This document shows, piece after piece, positions 11,007 to 22,542 of a stretch of DNA of 64,000 nt. How positions within the stretch are numbered: the first letter of the stretch is position 1; every line of letters begins with the position of its first letter. The notes beneath the pieces are model-generated. The model was not told the origin of the DNA, did not search any database, and was given only the letters and a program-made list of their open reading frames with translations. The stretch lies in IMG/VR virus record IMGVR_UViG_3300038466_000014. One strand, given 5' to 3'. The stretch comes from a virus. The translations under genes were made by a program, and so were the position numbers.

Positions 11007-11958
11007 CCAGCAACAAGAGATAATGAAAATTCATACGAGAAAATATCATCTACATCGAAAATTTGCGTGAAAATATTTTTCCATAGAAATGATTGTGTAT
11101 CCAGTATCCAATTATTTTAATCTATTTTTATTCCTCTTACATTTTCACCGGTTTCAAGATGAAACATTATACGTTTATTAATAGGTACTGTACTATTAGG
11201 GTTGTGAAATATCCTAATTTTACTACGCGGATCAATGATGTGTCGAGCTTTTCCGGCACGACGAGATCTTAAACTTAGAAAGTCTAATCTATCAATGTCT
11301 TTTGGAACAGCATCCTCGGTATTAATACGAATATTTCGTCGAGCCAACCGTTCTTTTTGTAAACGGTCTTCATATTCTTTGCGTATGCGATCACGATCCT
11401 TCGGATCTTCTGCAACAACTAACTTACATAGTAAATCTAAATACTTCCCGGCCTCTTCGGGTTCAATGTGATATTCCTCAAAAAAATCTTTTTCCTTTAT
11501 CATGTCTTTTCATGTTTTAATGGTTCGTGACTTTCCGGAGAGCAGGAAAACCATCTAACAAACCTCAACGGGATATGACGATTCTGTCCGCTTTCGAGAC
11601 GCATCCACAAAAGATCTGATCCAAATCTAACTTCTGTTGCATCAAAAGATTCGAGATATCCATCATGCCACCGCACAGATACTTTTGTTTTATCCATTTT
11701 CCTCTACCTCGTAATAAAAATTTAAAGTTTGTTTTGTATTGTTAGATTCAAAAATAATTCCTACAACTTTACCATCTTTAATTATCTTTCTGATTGATTC
11801 GTGATTACCTTCCTCGAATCCTTTACACATTTTTGGAAATCTTGTTCTATTCTTATATTTTAAACATTCAAATGATAACGTTGTCATAGCAAGACAATAA
11901 GCCAATCTTAAAAATTTACAATTAATACACGGATCTTTTGGGGGAATTTCTGATAGTA

Positions 11959-12405
11959 TCATACAAATCCCACTGTTATTGGATTAAGTTCAAGAATGTC
12001 GCACATTTTAATAATCAAATCTGTATTATTTCTATATCGCGGATTTAATAATGTTTCAACATCTCCAACACTCAAATCAGTTCTTTCCACAATGTCCTCT
12101 TTTGTCAGATTCAATCGATCCATAGCCTTTAAATACGATGTCGCCGGTTCTTCGCGCGATTTAATCGCAATTGCAGTTATATCGTCGTCGGCCCAATTTA
12201 ATAATCTGTCAGATAATTCTTTACCTGCATACTTTTCAAAATCTGCTCTGGTGAAGATAATATGTGTCGTAGCGCCATGTCTCCATAAGGAGATATGATC
12301 TTGGTCTCTTGTATATAATTGTGTTTTGGGGAATCTTCTTGCGGAAGGGGAATCTTCCCAAGGATATTCTCCATGATTAATTTTTTCAGTCATTGCTTTC
12401 TCCAA
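11959..12405 (-). CDS. protein with a C-terminal XRE/Cro-like HTH
   Basis: LT..DIVERTDLS...V..LLN...IKMCDILELNP pattern. Confidence 0.6.
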   Translation of the reverse strand: MEKAMTEKINHGEYPWEDSPSARRFPKTQLYTRDQDHISLWRHGATTHIIFTRADFEKYAGKELSDRLLNWADDDITAIAIKSREEPATSYLKAMDRLNLTKEDIVERTDLSVGDVETLLNPRYRNNTDLIIKMCDILELNPITVGFV

Positions 12406-14262
12406 CTATTCTCGTATTTCGTTTAATCTATTTTTCATCTCTTGACACCACTCGATCATATCATCCAGTTTTTCAATACATAATTTAAAATCGTATTGAG
12501 ATGGATTGTTCTGCTCGACAATATATCTAAGCTGGGTTTCAATACTTTGTGCTCTTGGAATAATCGCAAAGCTAACTCCTTTTATAAGTGCAATAATCTG
12601 TTTTTTTGTTAAACCATGATGTGTTTCCATTGTTTTTCCATTTTATTTATTAGGTAAAATTACATTTTTCTATACCAAGAAAAACAAGACTTCATCCGTA
12701 GAGTACCTGACGAGATCTGTAATTTTCTCATTTGTCCTGTTTGATATCGTGTATACCTTTTTCCAACCAAAGCCGTGTTCTTTCCTTTACACTACATGAT
12801 TGAATAAGTCCAGCCGTTTTACTAACGATAAAATCAAACGTAAGAAACCCAAACACTACCCACCCCACTGGAAATAAAATAATTAATAGTATAGAACCTT
12901 TTATCCCACAAGCAAAAAGTCCTCCGTTAATCTCAGTATGAATATCGTGTATGAATATAAATTCGGCGAATAAAATCACCGATGTTAATAGTATACCTAT
13001 ACAGAACAAAACTCCCATTTAGTTGTCCTCCGTTTCTTTTATTTCTTTTATTCCTTTCAAATCCAAACTTTAAATATCTGTTAGGAATTGGAGGATGATA
13101 TATGGAATATATAACTCCAACAATTCCCAATAAAATTGTAAGTACACAATCACCAATAAATAAATACATAAAGGTATAAGAATGCTCTGGTCCGAACAGA
13201 TGGGTGGATATAACTATAATAATCCAAGATACGGCTAACCTAATAACACATAAAATAAAAGCATTATCGATTATAAAGTTGTATATCGTTTTTACAAATT
13301 TTAACATTTATATCTCCTTAGCCTCCCTCCCTATGACAGATAATTACTCTACTATACATCCCATTTGTCTCTTCAACCGTTTTATCGAACTCATCTTTAT
13401 TCATAAGAGTATTGAAATATAATCTATAATAATTCTTTCCATCAAACCTAACACATTTACAATCAAATTCATTTATTCTTTCATTCCAACGCGCATCAAA
13501 ATAATACGTCTTTATCAGTATCACATAATTCCCAGGTTTTGTAGGAGAACCTTCCATCCATATATCATCTCCCATTAACATATCCAATTGAATTTTTTCC
13601 TTCTCGTCTTTAATAATGTCATCGACCCGACCCAACGTTGTTTCTGCGATCGAAATCAAATTTTGCAATCCGACTTTTAATTTTCTTAACATATTACTAT
13701 TATTATCATCCATTCTTTTTGGTAATCTGCATCCTGCTGGGAAACGTCTTTCGCCAATAGGAGGAAACTCGTCGTGATCGATATTCACGTTTAGTTCACA
13801 AACGGTACGTTTATTAATATACGATCTATATATACACTTCCAACATCCTATGAGATGCAGAGTTCTTTCTTCGTTGTTCATTTCAGGACTCATCCTTTAT
13901 CTGCGAGCGAAGATATGCTACGAGTTCACAAATCTCTTTATGAGGATATTTGAATTCGTTATCGACCATATATGGACAACCAGTGCCTGTACATTCAATA
14001 AATTCATGTGTGATCTGATCACCCCTTCCACTACACGATTCACCAAGTTCATAAACTACTGTTTTAACTATTTCTCCACACATAGGACAAACATCATAAA
14101 TATTGGTCTCTTTTTTTTCGGTATCCATTATTCCTCCCTTAATGGTGTACATCCCGTGAAAAAACGGGACATTTCCTTGCTTAGAATTGTAATATCCTTA
14201 TGGTTAAGACTAAATGTAAACCCCCTCTATTTTATAACTCGCATCTATATTATAGTATTCAT

Positions 14263-14721
14263 TTACCATGAAATCTGTTGAGTGTATGTTCGATGTATAA
14301 TTTTCCATTGGGTTTATCCACGTCATCCACATTTTTTACAGTGGAAACGCTTCCGGAACAATGAGGAGTAGAACATCCAATCGATTCATAGTAATTATCG
14401 TAAAATTCATGGTTTTCAATAGCAACAACTCTGTTGTTGTCGGTTATAATATACGTCTATGGAATATCATTTATTTCCATCGGATTAATACATACTATAA
14501 TATGTCCTGCGTTGTTTCTACGCGCAGCATCTAATTTACAATTTAGATTTAAATTATATGTTTTAATATCTTTCTCATCGAATTTAAAAGAATACATTTT
14601 AAAATATCCTGCATACGGATCTGTTATTACTCCTTTTAAAATGGAGACTACCGAAACGAGAAGAGTCAGTAAAATCGCAAATACACACGAACTGAATTGT
14701 TATTATCGTGTTCTTACTCAT
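14263..14721 (-). pseudogene. membrane-anchored protein pseudogene
   Basis: ATG at 14721, early frameshift into a TM-coding frame, in-frame TAG at 14457-14459, frame then open to TAA at 14263. Confidence 0.55.
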
Positions 14722-14728
14722 TATACCC

Positions 14729-15397
14729 TCACCCCTTGTATGTATACAATAAATTAATTATTTCTAATGGTGTATCCGTAGAAAGGTTGCTGATTACCGA
14801 ATCTGGTTTGACCCCATAATCAAGTAGAATTTCTATAATTTCTATTTGTCCATTAATTACGGCGCTTATAAGCGCCTGTTCTCCGCTTAATTCCAAATCC
14901 ACTCCACACTCAATCATCTTTTTTAATAACTTCGGATATCCAAGACCGGAAGCTAATCTCAATGGATACCCGGATCTCGCGTTTATGTTTGCGCCGGATT
15001 TGATAAATAAATCAAATAATTTAAAATCCGATATATGGACAGCATAAATAATAGGATAATCATCGGATATATGTACATCCGCGCCATCTTCAAGAAGTTC
15101 TGTAATAGTTTCAGTATTCATAATTCTTCTATTTTTCAAAGTTATTGATGCTATCCGCGCATCGGTAAATTCTGCAATACTCATATCCGGATATATATTT
15201 AAATGTTCATCTCCAACACTCTTCACATCATAAATATATTCTCTTGTGAACAGCCGGAGTCCAGAAAGCACATTCAGATTATTAAATAATTTCAATTCTT
15301 TAAAAGGGATTGGATATGGTATTTTGTTTATACCAGACTTAAACCGAGGTGTGTTATCGTATTGATTTTTAGATTTCGTTAGTTTGTAAAACTTCAT
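14729..15397 (-). CDS. ankyrin-repeat protein
   Basis: repeated LL..GAD/GANIN, PL..A, AL..AV..G..EII..LL.YG. Confidence 0.85.
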   Translation of the reverse strand: MKFYKLTKSKNQYDNTPRFKSGINKIPYPIPFKELKLFNNLNVLSGLRLFTREYIYDVKSVGDEHLNIYPDMSIAEFTDARIASITLKNRRIMNTETITELLEDGADVHISDDYPIIYAVHISDFKLFDLFIKSGANINARSGYPLRLASGLGYPKLLKKMIECGVDLELSGEQALISAVINGQIEIIEILLDYGVKPDSVISNLSTDTPLEIINLLYTYKG

Positions 15398-16196
15398 TTA
15401 TTTCCTTTGGTTCTATAATTTCCGACCCGCATAATCTCTTAAGCGCAACTTCTATATATTCTTTTTTCAATTCACAACCAATAAAATTTCTATTTAATTT
15501 TTTAGCGGCTACACCTGTTGTACAACTACCGGCAAAAGGATCGAAAATATAATCTTTTGGATTAGTGCTTGCTAAAATTATACGTTCCAGAAGTTCCACT
15601 GGTTTTTGGGTTGGGTGTTTACCATAGAGTTTCTCTTCTGTTTTTGGAGATCCTATCACCCACACAGACTTCATTTGTTTATCGTTATTAATTTTTTTCA
15701 TTATATCATAGTTAAACACATGTTTAGATTTTGAATTCTTTACCGCCCATATCAATGTTTCTGTGGAATGTGTGAAATATCTACACGATAGATTTGGTGG
15801 AGGATTGGGCTTTTCCCAAGTTATATTATTCAATATTTTATACCCTAATTTCTGCATAGCATATCCAATAGAATATATGGCATGATGCGTTCCGGATACC
15901 CAGATTGTTCCATTATCTGTCAGCAACTGCTGACATAAAGTCAACCACTGTACATTAAATTCATGATTAACTTCTACACCGCCGGATTTATCCCACTCAC
16001 CTTTATCAACTTTTACCCGTTTACCGGCGTGACAAGTCGTTCCGCCATTGGAAAGAAAGTATGGCGGATCCGCAAAGATCATATCGAATTTTATATTCTT
16101 ATGATCCGATAACAGCTTTTGCATAAAATGTATACACTCGTCTTCATAGACCCATAAATTTATGTTTTCAGAAACGATATTATTATTTTCGTTCAT
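15369..16196 (-). CDS. DNA adenine/amino methyltransferase, beta class, DpnIIB-like
   Basis: IFADPPYFLSNGG, WEKPNPPPNLSCRYFTHSTE, HPTQKP, DPFAGS. Confidence 0.92.
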   Translation of the reverse strand: MNENNNIVSENINLWVYEDECIHFMQKLLSDHKNIKFDMIFADPPYFLSNGGTTCHAGKRVKVDKGEWDKSGGVEVNHEFNVQWLTLCQQLLTDNGTIWVSGTHHAIYSIGYAMQKLGYKILNNITWEKPNPPPNLSCRYFTHSTETLIWAVKNSKSKHVFNYDIMKKINNDKQMKSVWVIGSPKTEEKLYGKHPTQKPVELLERIILASTNPKDYIFDPFAGSCTTGVAAKKLNRNFIGCELKKEYIEVALKRLCGSEIIEPKEINEVLQTNEI

Positions 16197-16315
16197 TGTG
16201 AAAAAGGAACCTTTCGCTGTTGGGTTGTATTTTACTGCTGATATACTAACAAAATTATTAATCTTTAATAAAAATCAACTTGTTTTTAACAAGGTTCGTA
16301 TTTCAACTTTATCTC

Positions 16316-16995
16316 TCACTCCACTATATTTATATTTTTTGGCGATATTAGTTTTTTAAACGCTTTACATGTACCGCATTTACCACACTGAATTGTAGTA
16401 TACTCCCGCACACCTTCACACGTCCACATCATCTTAAATATTTTCTATTAAGATAGGAACTGTTATATATTCTGTTTATAATATCTTATTTAGTATCATA
16501 TTTGAATAGGTAAACAAGATCAGGCGGTTTCTGACCTCCAGTACACCCTTTATAAAAATTATAAAACCCTTCTTCAAAAAATGGACGATCCAGCCAATAA
16601 GAATATTCTCTTATGTATCCTAATAAAATCCGATCTATCTGAAGACCTGTAATAGATTGTAATAATCCGATCATCCATAACGGTTGTTGATAATACATCC
16701 AATTGCCCGTCGGGGGGTTGCTAATATAGTCCTTTCTATTTTTATCAAAGTGAATCCATTCTTTAGAAGTTTCCATGCTTAAATTATAAGACTGTTCGTA
16801 AAACCAAATATCGTTTAAATTATAATTATTTGTTAGTGTTCTGCGTATACGTTGTCTTGTATACGATTCTATAGCTGATTTATGAATGTTGTTCTTTAAA
16901 TTAAAATATTGAGTAATAAATGGTTGTTTAGATTCTATTTGTTGTAAGACAATTGCGGTCGAATCCATACCGCCAGACCACACGATTAGATCCAT
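16316..16995 (-). pseudogene. queC: QueC-like (PP-loop) protein, broken
   Basis: WSGGMDST PP-loop; in-frame TAA at 16486-16488 (TK*DI); after a further frameshift the Zn motif WTCEG...CGKCGTC is present. Confidence 0.75.
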
Positions 16996-17021
16996 TTAAA
17001 CTGCCGAAATAATAAAATTTG

Positions 17022-17036
17022 TTATATATATTAAAT
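17022..17036 (+). promoter_or_regulatory. motif A followed by a G-U-containing hairpin (17038-17064)
   Basis: exact TTATATATATTAAAT upstream of the lone plus-strand unit. Confidence 0.7.
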
Positions 17037-17107
17037 ATTAGATTATGAATTGTTTATAGTCTAAAGATTCTGTAATCCAATTACATTTTTATTCAAGGAA
17101 GTTTATC

Positions 17108-17389
17108 ATGCCCGTTGCAATCTATGTGTCCATAGCGATTTTAATGATTATGATTTTTCTCCAAAATAATCCGGAGTTTATTCTGATAATAGTTAGATGG
17201 TTAGTGAAACAACTGTTAAAAGGATTGATATTAGACGGGGCAGATATGGAAGAAGCCATATCCATAGTCAAAGAGAAAACCCCTGGTCTACCACTCGGAA
17301 AATATGAACTGGAACTTCTCTATGAGGAGGCTGAGGCGGAAGTAGACGAAGAGTATGGGGACGACGAATACACAGAACCCGAAAAATAA
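17108..17389 (+). CDS. small membrane protein with acidic tail
   Basis: hydrophobic N-terminus, RBS AAGGA. Confidence 0.65.
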   Translation: MPVAIYVSIAILMIMIFLQNNPEFILIIVRWLVKQLLKGLILDGADMEEAISIVKEKTPGLPLGKYELELLYEEAEAEVDEEYGDDEYTEPEK

Positions 17390-17402
17390 AGGAGGACGTG
17401 CT

Positions 17403-17650
17403 ATGAGTATTCTGACCGTCAAAAGGGGAGACCTTATTCTGGTTGAAACGGAAGCCGGTCTCGTGTACGGGGTAAAGTGGACGATACACTGATTTCTGAC
17501 GGGGTACTTATACTTTCGGGGGAGGCATTACGACTTCCGGGAGATACCCGTAAACCGGAAGAGGTCGTTATCCAAATGGCACAACAACACCCCAAGATCA
17601 AAGTTTTACGAAGCTTCCCGGCACAACTGACCGAAGCTGGAGAGTTGTGA
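17403..17650 (+). pseudogene. small gene frameshifted at a G4 run (17469-17472)
   Basis: AAGGAGG RBS plus ATG; the second frame GKVDDTLISD...AGEL* ends at the terminator. Confidence 0.65.
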
Positions 17651-17697
17651 AATAATAACCCGTGGATAAGTAATCATCCACGGGTTATTATTTTTTT
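17651..17697. terminator. bidirectional intrinsic terminator
   Basis: 17-bp stem AATAATAACCCGTGGAT/ATCCACGGGTTATTATT plus T-run, between convergent genes. Confidence 0.9.
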
Positions 17698-18041
17698 GAT
17701 ATTCATGGTATCGTATTACCACGCTCTTCTTTTATCCAATTCTCCCAGCGTCTACCTATCAACGGCATATCATATGCCTCATCGACATATAGCGCAAGCC
17801 ATTTAAATGGAGCACATTGACATATATGCGTCCTTATACGCGAACATCCTAAACACGTTTTAAATTCAGCCCATCTATCATCCCATAATCCTTTTGAATA
17901 TTCATAATACGACCCTGTTGGTATTTCATCCAAACACTCACAACAAATATATGGTTTTCGTGATCTTCTTATCGTTTTTGAGAACAAAGCAGGCGCTTCA
18001 TAATCAGAATCACGGCACCCGCGCGAGCAGTCCATTTTTCT

Positions 18042-18611
18042 TTATACCCCGATCATCTTATAAAACTCCTGTACTTGTCTGATCTGAAAGAGCGCGTCAC
18101 CAAACGCGGAATGTTTTTGTTCTGTTCTTTTTAAATTTTTAATCTCCGGAATTATTTCAAGCGTCCTTACATCCATGGTTTTCTGCTGACACCAGGGGGG
18201 ATTCTCCGTCGTGTTTTTATATGCGTGCTCCAATATTTTAAGATCAAACGATGGTGGTTTAGACCAAAAAATTTGTTCCAAAGACGGATTATCAAGACGA
18301 AACGCATCGTAACATCTATATGTTTTAGCCCTAAGCATATTCAACGCATAATTTAGAGTTGTATGGTTCTCAGGTTTAAGTGTTTTCTCCATAAGTTCTC
18401 TATCCTGATTTAACCACCATTTTAATGCGGATGAACTTATACTCCTAAATAACTGAACTGACCAATCAATATACGACTGATAAGCAAAATCCATCAATAT
18501 TACATTTTTAGTAAAAGGTATCATCGCTATCTCAACAATCACAGCATCATTTTCCAGTCCAAGGGTTTCTATGTCAATCATAAAATTCAAGGTTTCGTTG
18601 TCATTTGACAT
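18042..18611 (-). CDS. DEDDh 3'-5' exonuclease (Rv2179c/DUF5051-like)
   Basis: MIDIETLG, WW..Q, SFDLKIL, DVRT, H.AF.DA. Confidence 0.88.
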   Translation of the reverse strand: MSNDNETLNFMIDIETLGLENDAVIVEIAMIPFTKNVILMDFAYQSYIDWSVQLFRSISSSALKWWLNQDRELMEKTLKPENHTTLNYALNMLRAKTYRCYDAFRLDNPSLEQIFWSKPPSFDLKILEHAYKNTTENPPWCQQKTMDVRTLEIIPEIKNLKRTEQKHSAFGDALFQIRQVQEFYKMIGV

Positions 18612-19362
18612 GTCGTTGTTTCTTTCCGTTTAAAAAGTCATTGTCGTTCATTTCACAGGCGGAATCCAAATATAAATCATTTATGTCTATAAACCCTTCG
18701 CCGTTCTTACACAACGGACAATCGGATTGTTTCCACGTCTGTTTATCTAAATAAATCAGACTATTACAATAATTAAACATTTCCCAGGATTCCGTACACA
18801 CTGTAAAAATATCAAGGACATCAAAACCGTGGGAAAATATTAACTTTTTCAACCGATCCTTGGATATAAACATCTCATCCGGTTCTAAAATAACACAAAC
18901 AGGAGTTTTAAGAAACCATCCTTTAATACATTCCCTGTTTGTAATCACATTTTGTTCCGGATCATAAATAAGGGCAACGGCCTTTTCCATACCAAGATAT
19001 CCTCTTAAATAACCGCTAAATTCATATGCCAATACCACATTTCGTGAAACAACATAATCTATTTTTTTGCCGGGATATTTCATAGAAAATAATATAACAA
19101 ATCTATAAATGATCTCACTTAAATACAGTGGGTATTGTAATATCTGACCAATCCTAAATACACAATTTGTATGTTCGCCGTTCGGCAGTTGTATATGTTC
19201 GTTTATAAAAGGTTTGGATTTCTCGATAATATCCGGTAGGATTTTAAAATGAGGTTCTAATCTAAAAAAATACTTTAAATGATTAGAAGATTGATTTGGG
19301 GGTTTCAATATTCCCTCCGGATATGTCATATTGTCATATAACCTTTCCGAGTCAATATCCAC
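18601..19362 (-). CDS. divergent orotate phosphoribosyltransferase-like protein
   Basis: H..LPNG.H, LAYE, C-terminal W....CPLCK.G; PRPP loop degenerate. Confidence 0.55.
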   Translation of the reverse strand: MDIDSERLYDNMTYPEGILKPPNQSSNHLKYFFRLEPHFKILPDIIEKSKPFINEHIQLPNGEHTNCVFRIGQILQYPLYLSEIIYRFVILFSMKYPGKKIDYVVSRNVVLAYEFSGYLRGYLGMEKAVALIYDPEQNVITNRECIKGWFLKTPVCVILEPDEMFISKDRLKKLIFSHGFDVLDIFTVCTESWEMFNYCNSLIYLDKQTWKQSDCPLCKNGEGFIDINDLYLDSACEMNDNDFLNGKKQRHVK

Positions 19363-19583
19363 CGGCCACGATTTTCAATCAACCCCGCCCGCGCCCAGCG
19401 GCGCAACGTTGATATCGAAGCATTCTCAACCTGAGACAGTCGAAGTGTTTGTCCAGGCAAGATAGAAACATAGAGACCACCGTCTGTCTCGTTCATGTTT
19501 CTGGTAACTTTATACAATTTGGAACTTATTCGCATTAAAAATTTCCTTAAAAATAATTAGGGTTGATGTGGATTATATTATAA

Positions 19584-19616
19584 CGGGCAGTTTAACGACA
19601 TGCCCGCAAGGTCGTC
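19584..19616 (-). ncRNA. candidate H-type pseudoknot in a 5' leader
   Basis: ACGAC-CUUG-CGGGCA-U-GUCGU-UAAAC-UGCCCG: S1 of 5 bp, S2 of 6 bp, GC-rich in AT-rich intergenic DNA. Confidence 0.6.
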
Positions 19617-19649
19617 CCATAGTTGTTAAGCCTGATCTTCCACCTTATT

Positions 19650-19663
19650 ATTTAATATATATA
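19650..19663 (-). promoter_or_regulatory. motif A (14/15 match)
   Basis: ATTTAATATATATA on the plus strand, intergenic. Confidence 0.6.
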
Positions 19664-19686
19664 GTAATCATATACTTTTTATTATG

Positions 19687-20124
19687 TCACAATCTAATGG
19701 CTGTAATATCCGGATCTATATTGTCAATTATATCTGTCACTACATTCCAATCCCCGCCGCCCAGAGCACACCCCATCAGATACGGAATATATATATTAAA
19801 TTCCGGGTAATTTTCATTGCGGTATTCTGTGACATTTAATATGCATTTTCTTACAGCGTCATAATCTGTATACTGTTTATCGGTTCCATATCTAAACTGT
19901 CCGCACAAATTAGCGACTATTAAATCATTATTTATTTTCGAATATATTACTTCTCCCAATTGTAGTTTTCCGTTATCGAACGCGCGTATGTAATCTCTGT
20001 ACGCCAGCGGATATTTCTTACGCAGAGCCAGCGCCAACCCAGCACCCATTGCCCCGAGGCAATTTACCTGATGACAAATAATACCCTTTTCGATTCTTAA
20101 AAGATTACCTTGAATTATTTTCAT
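19687..20124 (-). CDS. macrodomain protein (ADP-ribose binding/hydrolase)
   Basis: GNLL, HQVNC.G.MGAGLA, NL.GQ, IPY.MGCALGGGDW. Confidence 0.92.
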   Translation of the reverse strand: MKIIQGNLLRIEKGIICHQVNCLGAMGAGLALALRKKYPLAYRDYIRAFDNGKLQLGEVIYSKINNDLIVANLCGQFRYGTDKQYTDYDAVRKCILNVTEYRNENYPEFNIYIPYLMGCALGGGDWNVVTDIIDNIDPDITAIRL

Positions 20125-20642
20125 TTCTTCTCCGTATTTATTAACCGTTGTCTGTATTCTTTTGCTTTGTTTATATCAGAGTCCGTGTGTACAGAACCTC
20201 CAGTGTTCATAGCTATATACCAATCTACAACTTCAAGTTCTGTTTTCAATTTAGCAACATAAAAAGACAATGAATAATCTAACGGTATATTATCCGCATA
20301 TTCATTAAAATAACATCCAAATACTTTTAATTTGTTATTAAAGAAATCGTCTATCGCAGAGAGTCTTTGTTTCCCATCGACCAAAACCATTCGTCCTTTA
20401 AAATCTCTCATCCATCCTGGATGGTTAAAGTATATGTTTAATCCAGATCGCCCACCACGAAGAATCCATTCCATATATGCTGTTTTCTGAAACTCTGACC
20501 AAACATATCCTCTTTGAAATTCCGGATTAAAATCAAGATCGTGATCTTTTATATAAATGTCTATATTTCTTTTTATTAAAGATAATGGTACATCTATATG
20601 ATATGTTAATATAGGTAGTCTTGGTATGTCATTAAATAACAT
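20121..20642 (-). CDS. stand-alone DUF262 (ParB/GmrSD N-terminal-like) protein
   Basis: PEFQRGYVW and VDGKQRL motifs, N.GG. Confidence 0.85.
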   Translation of the reverse strand: MLFNDIPRLPILTYHIDVPLSLIKRNIDIYIKDHDLDFNPEFQRGYVWSEFQKTAYMEWILRGGRSGLNIYFNHPGWMRDFKGRMVLVDGKQRLSAIDDFFNNKLKVFGCYFNEYADNIPLDYSLSFYVAKLKTELEVVDWYIAMNTGGSVHTDSDINKAKEYRQRLINTEKK

Positions 20643-22542
20643 AAGATGATTACCTTTCCAGGTTCGCGGCTTCCAAATATATATCTTTTATTTTTTGTAA
20701 TTTCGAAATATAATTCTTGAAGTTGCTTATTGTCGAAAACCGCTCATATAAAGGTAAATTAATAATCGGATGGTGTATTCTGATCGACAGAAAATTATCC
20801 ATTCCTTCAAGCCCTGAAAGATTAATGGAATAATCTTTGTATTCATTTCTAAATTTATAATTATAATCTTTCAACGGAATAAACTCTTTAATATCATACA
20901 TATCTATGGATTTTTTCATAGCGTCCATTATATGCAGAACCGTTCCGAAATCAGTATATCCATAGTTACGCCCTGGATACATACCAGAGGAGAAAATATC
21001 TTCTACGTCCACAAACACCCCGCACTTCTTTACTTTTGGATCATTAAAATCTAAAACATACATATAATTGTTAACAATAATCTCATAATAATTCATATTA
21101 TTATTAGTTAAATATCTAATATGTTCAGGATCATTATTAACACTGTCTTCTAAGATACTCGGATCTATAAGACAGATTTTCTCGAATTTCAATCCATATA
21201 CATCCTTATCTTTATGAGAATTCGTTAGAATATATTCCCTAACCTTCGGGCATGTGTTAAAAACAAATGCCCTTTCTTGGGATATAAATTCTGTTTCAGT
21301 TTTATGGCAATAATCATAATCTCTAGATAGTTTTGGAAATGTGGTTTGATGATACTCACATTTATGACACAACTCATTCATAAATCTATGTAGTTTCTCT
21401 TCTCCGAAAATTTCCATTATTTATCTCCAGTAAAAATAAAGTTTTCGATTAATGATTCTGTAAACCGAATCATATGATTAAATATTTCATTGAACGGTAT
21501 TAGCATTTTTTTATATTCGTTCCTCCCTCCATATTTTCTCCTATATTTACTTAAACCTTTTACCAAATTTATAGCTTTCAAGGTCGCTTTCTTTTCGTCT
21601 CATCTGATTCTCATGCTGACGTAACATATATTTGGCTTCTTTTTTGAAATGTCCATAATGAAATACCAATCTCTTTAATAGATTGTACTCCTCTATATTT
21701 AATTCGCGGCGATTAAATTCGCTCATCTTATATAAAAAGTATTCGATCTCGGTATGACCAATTCTCGGATAAACAAACTGATAGGATCCGTATTTCGTTT
21801 CAATCCAACATTTTTTGGTATTCCTATTGTAATAATATCCACATCTGTTAAACACAGGATCTATTTCTATCATATAATTATTTCTCAATTCTCCCTCTAT
21901 ATATTCAAACGCTTCTTCGTTAAACTCTTCTTTATATCCTTCCGGTATATCATCGTTATTTAAGAAATAAAAATGTGTATCTAATGATAAAACATATATC
22001 TTATCTCTTTTTTGCTTTTTCATACATATCCCACATTTTATTGAAAAGCGATTTTAAAATATTTGGCGCATAAAAATCATAAATATAATGTATCCATGGA
22101 CCATACGTATATAATAATTTAGAAAACAATGATTTGTTAATCTCTGCTTCTATTTTATCCACCAATATCTGCACCTCTCTCATAAATTCTGCTGATGGTA
22201 CGACGCAATCCTCTTCAGTTACCATTTTATCCAGAACGGTTGCCACATCAACATCATCCAAAGAACTGAATTTTTTATCTAAAACGACCAATGACTCCAT
22301 TAAATTAATATCACATCCACTTATATTTTTAACATAATGCCTCTTTTTTATAATGGTTCTCTGGTTATAACTATATGAGACTCCAAATCATTTAACAAGT
22401 ATCCATAATCCTCAATGAATCCAGATATCTCCGATAGAACATCAATCAAACATTCTTCTACTACAATGTTATTTTTATCCATCACCGATACCCGATACAA
22501 ATAGTCCAACACACGCATAGTATCTTCCCTTATATTCGAAAG

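Noticed and set aside
19787-19801. Extra motif-A-like copy (ATATATATATTAAAT)
   Set aside because: It lies inside the macrodomain CDS on the antisense strand and is explained by the codons for FNIYIP.
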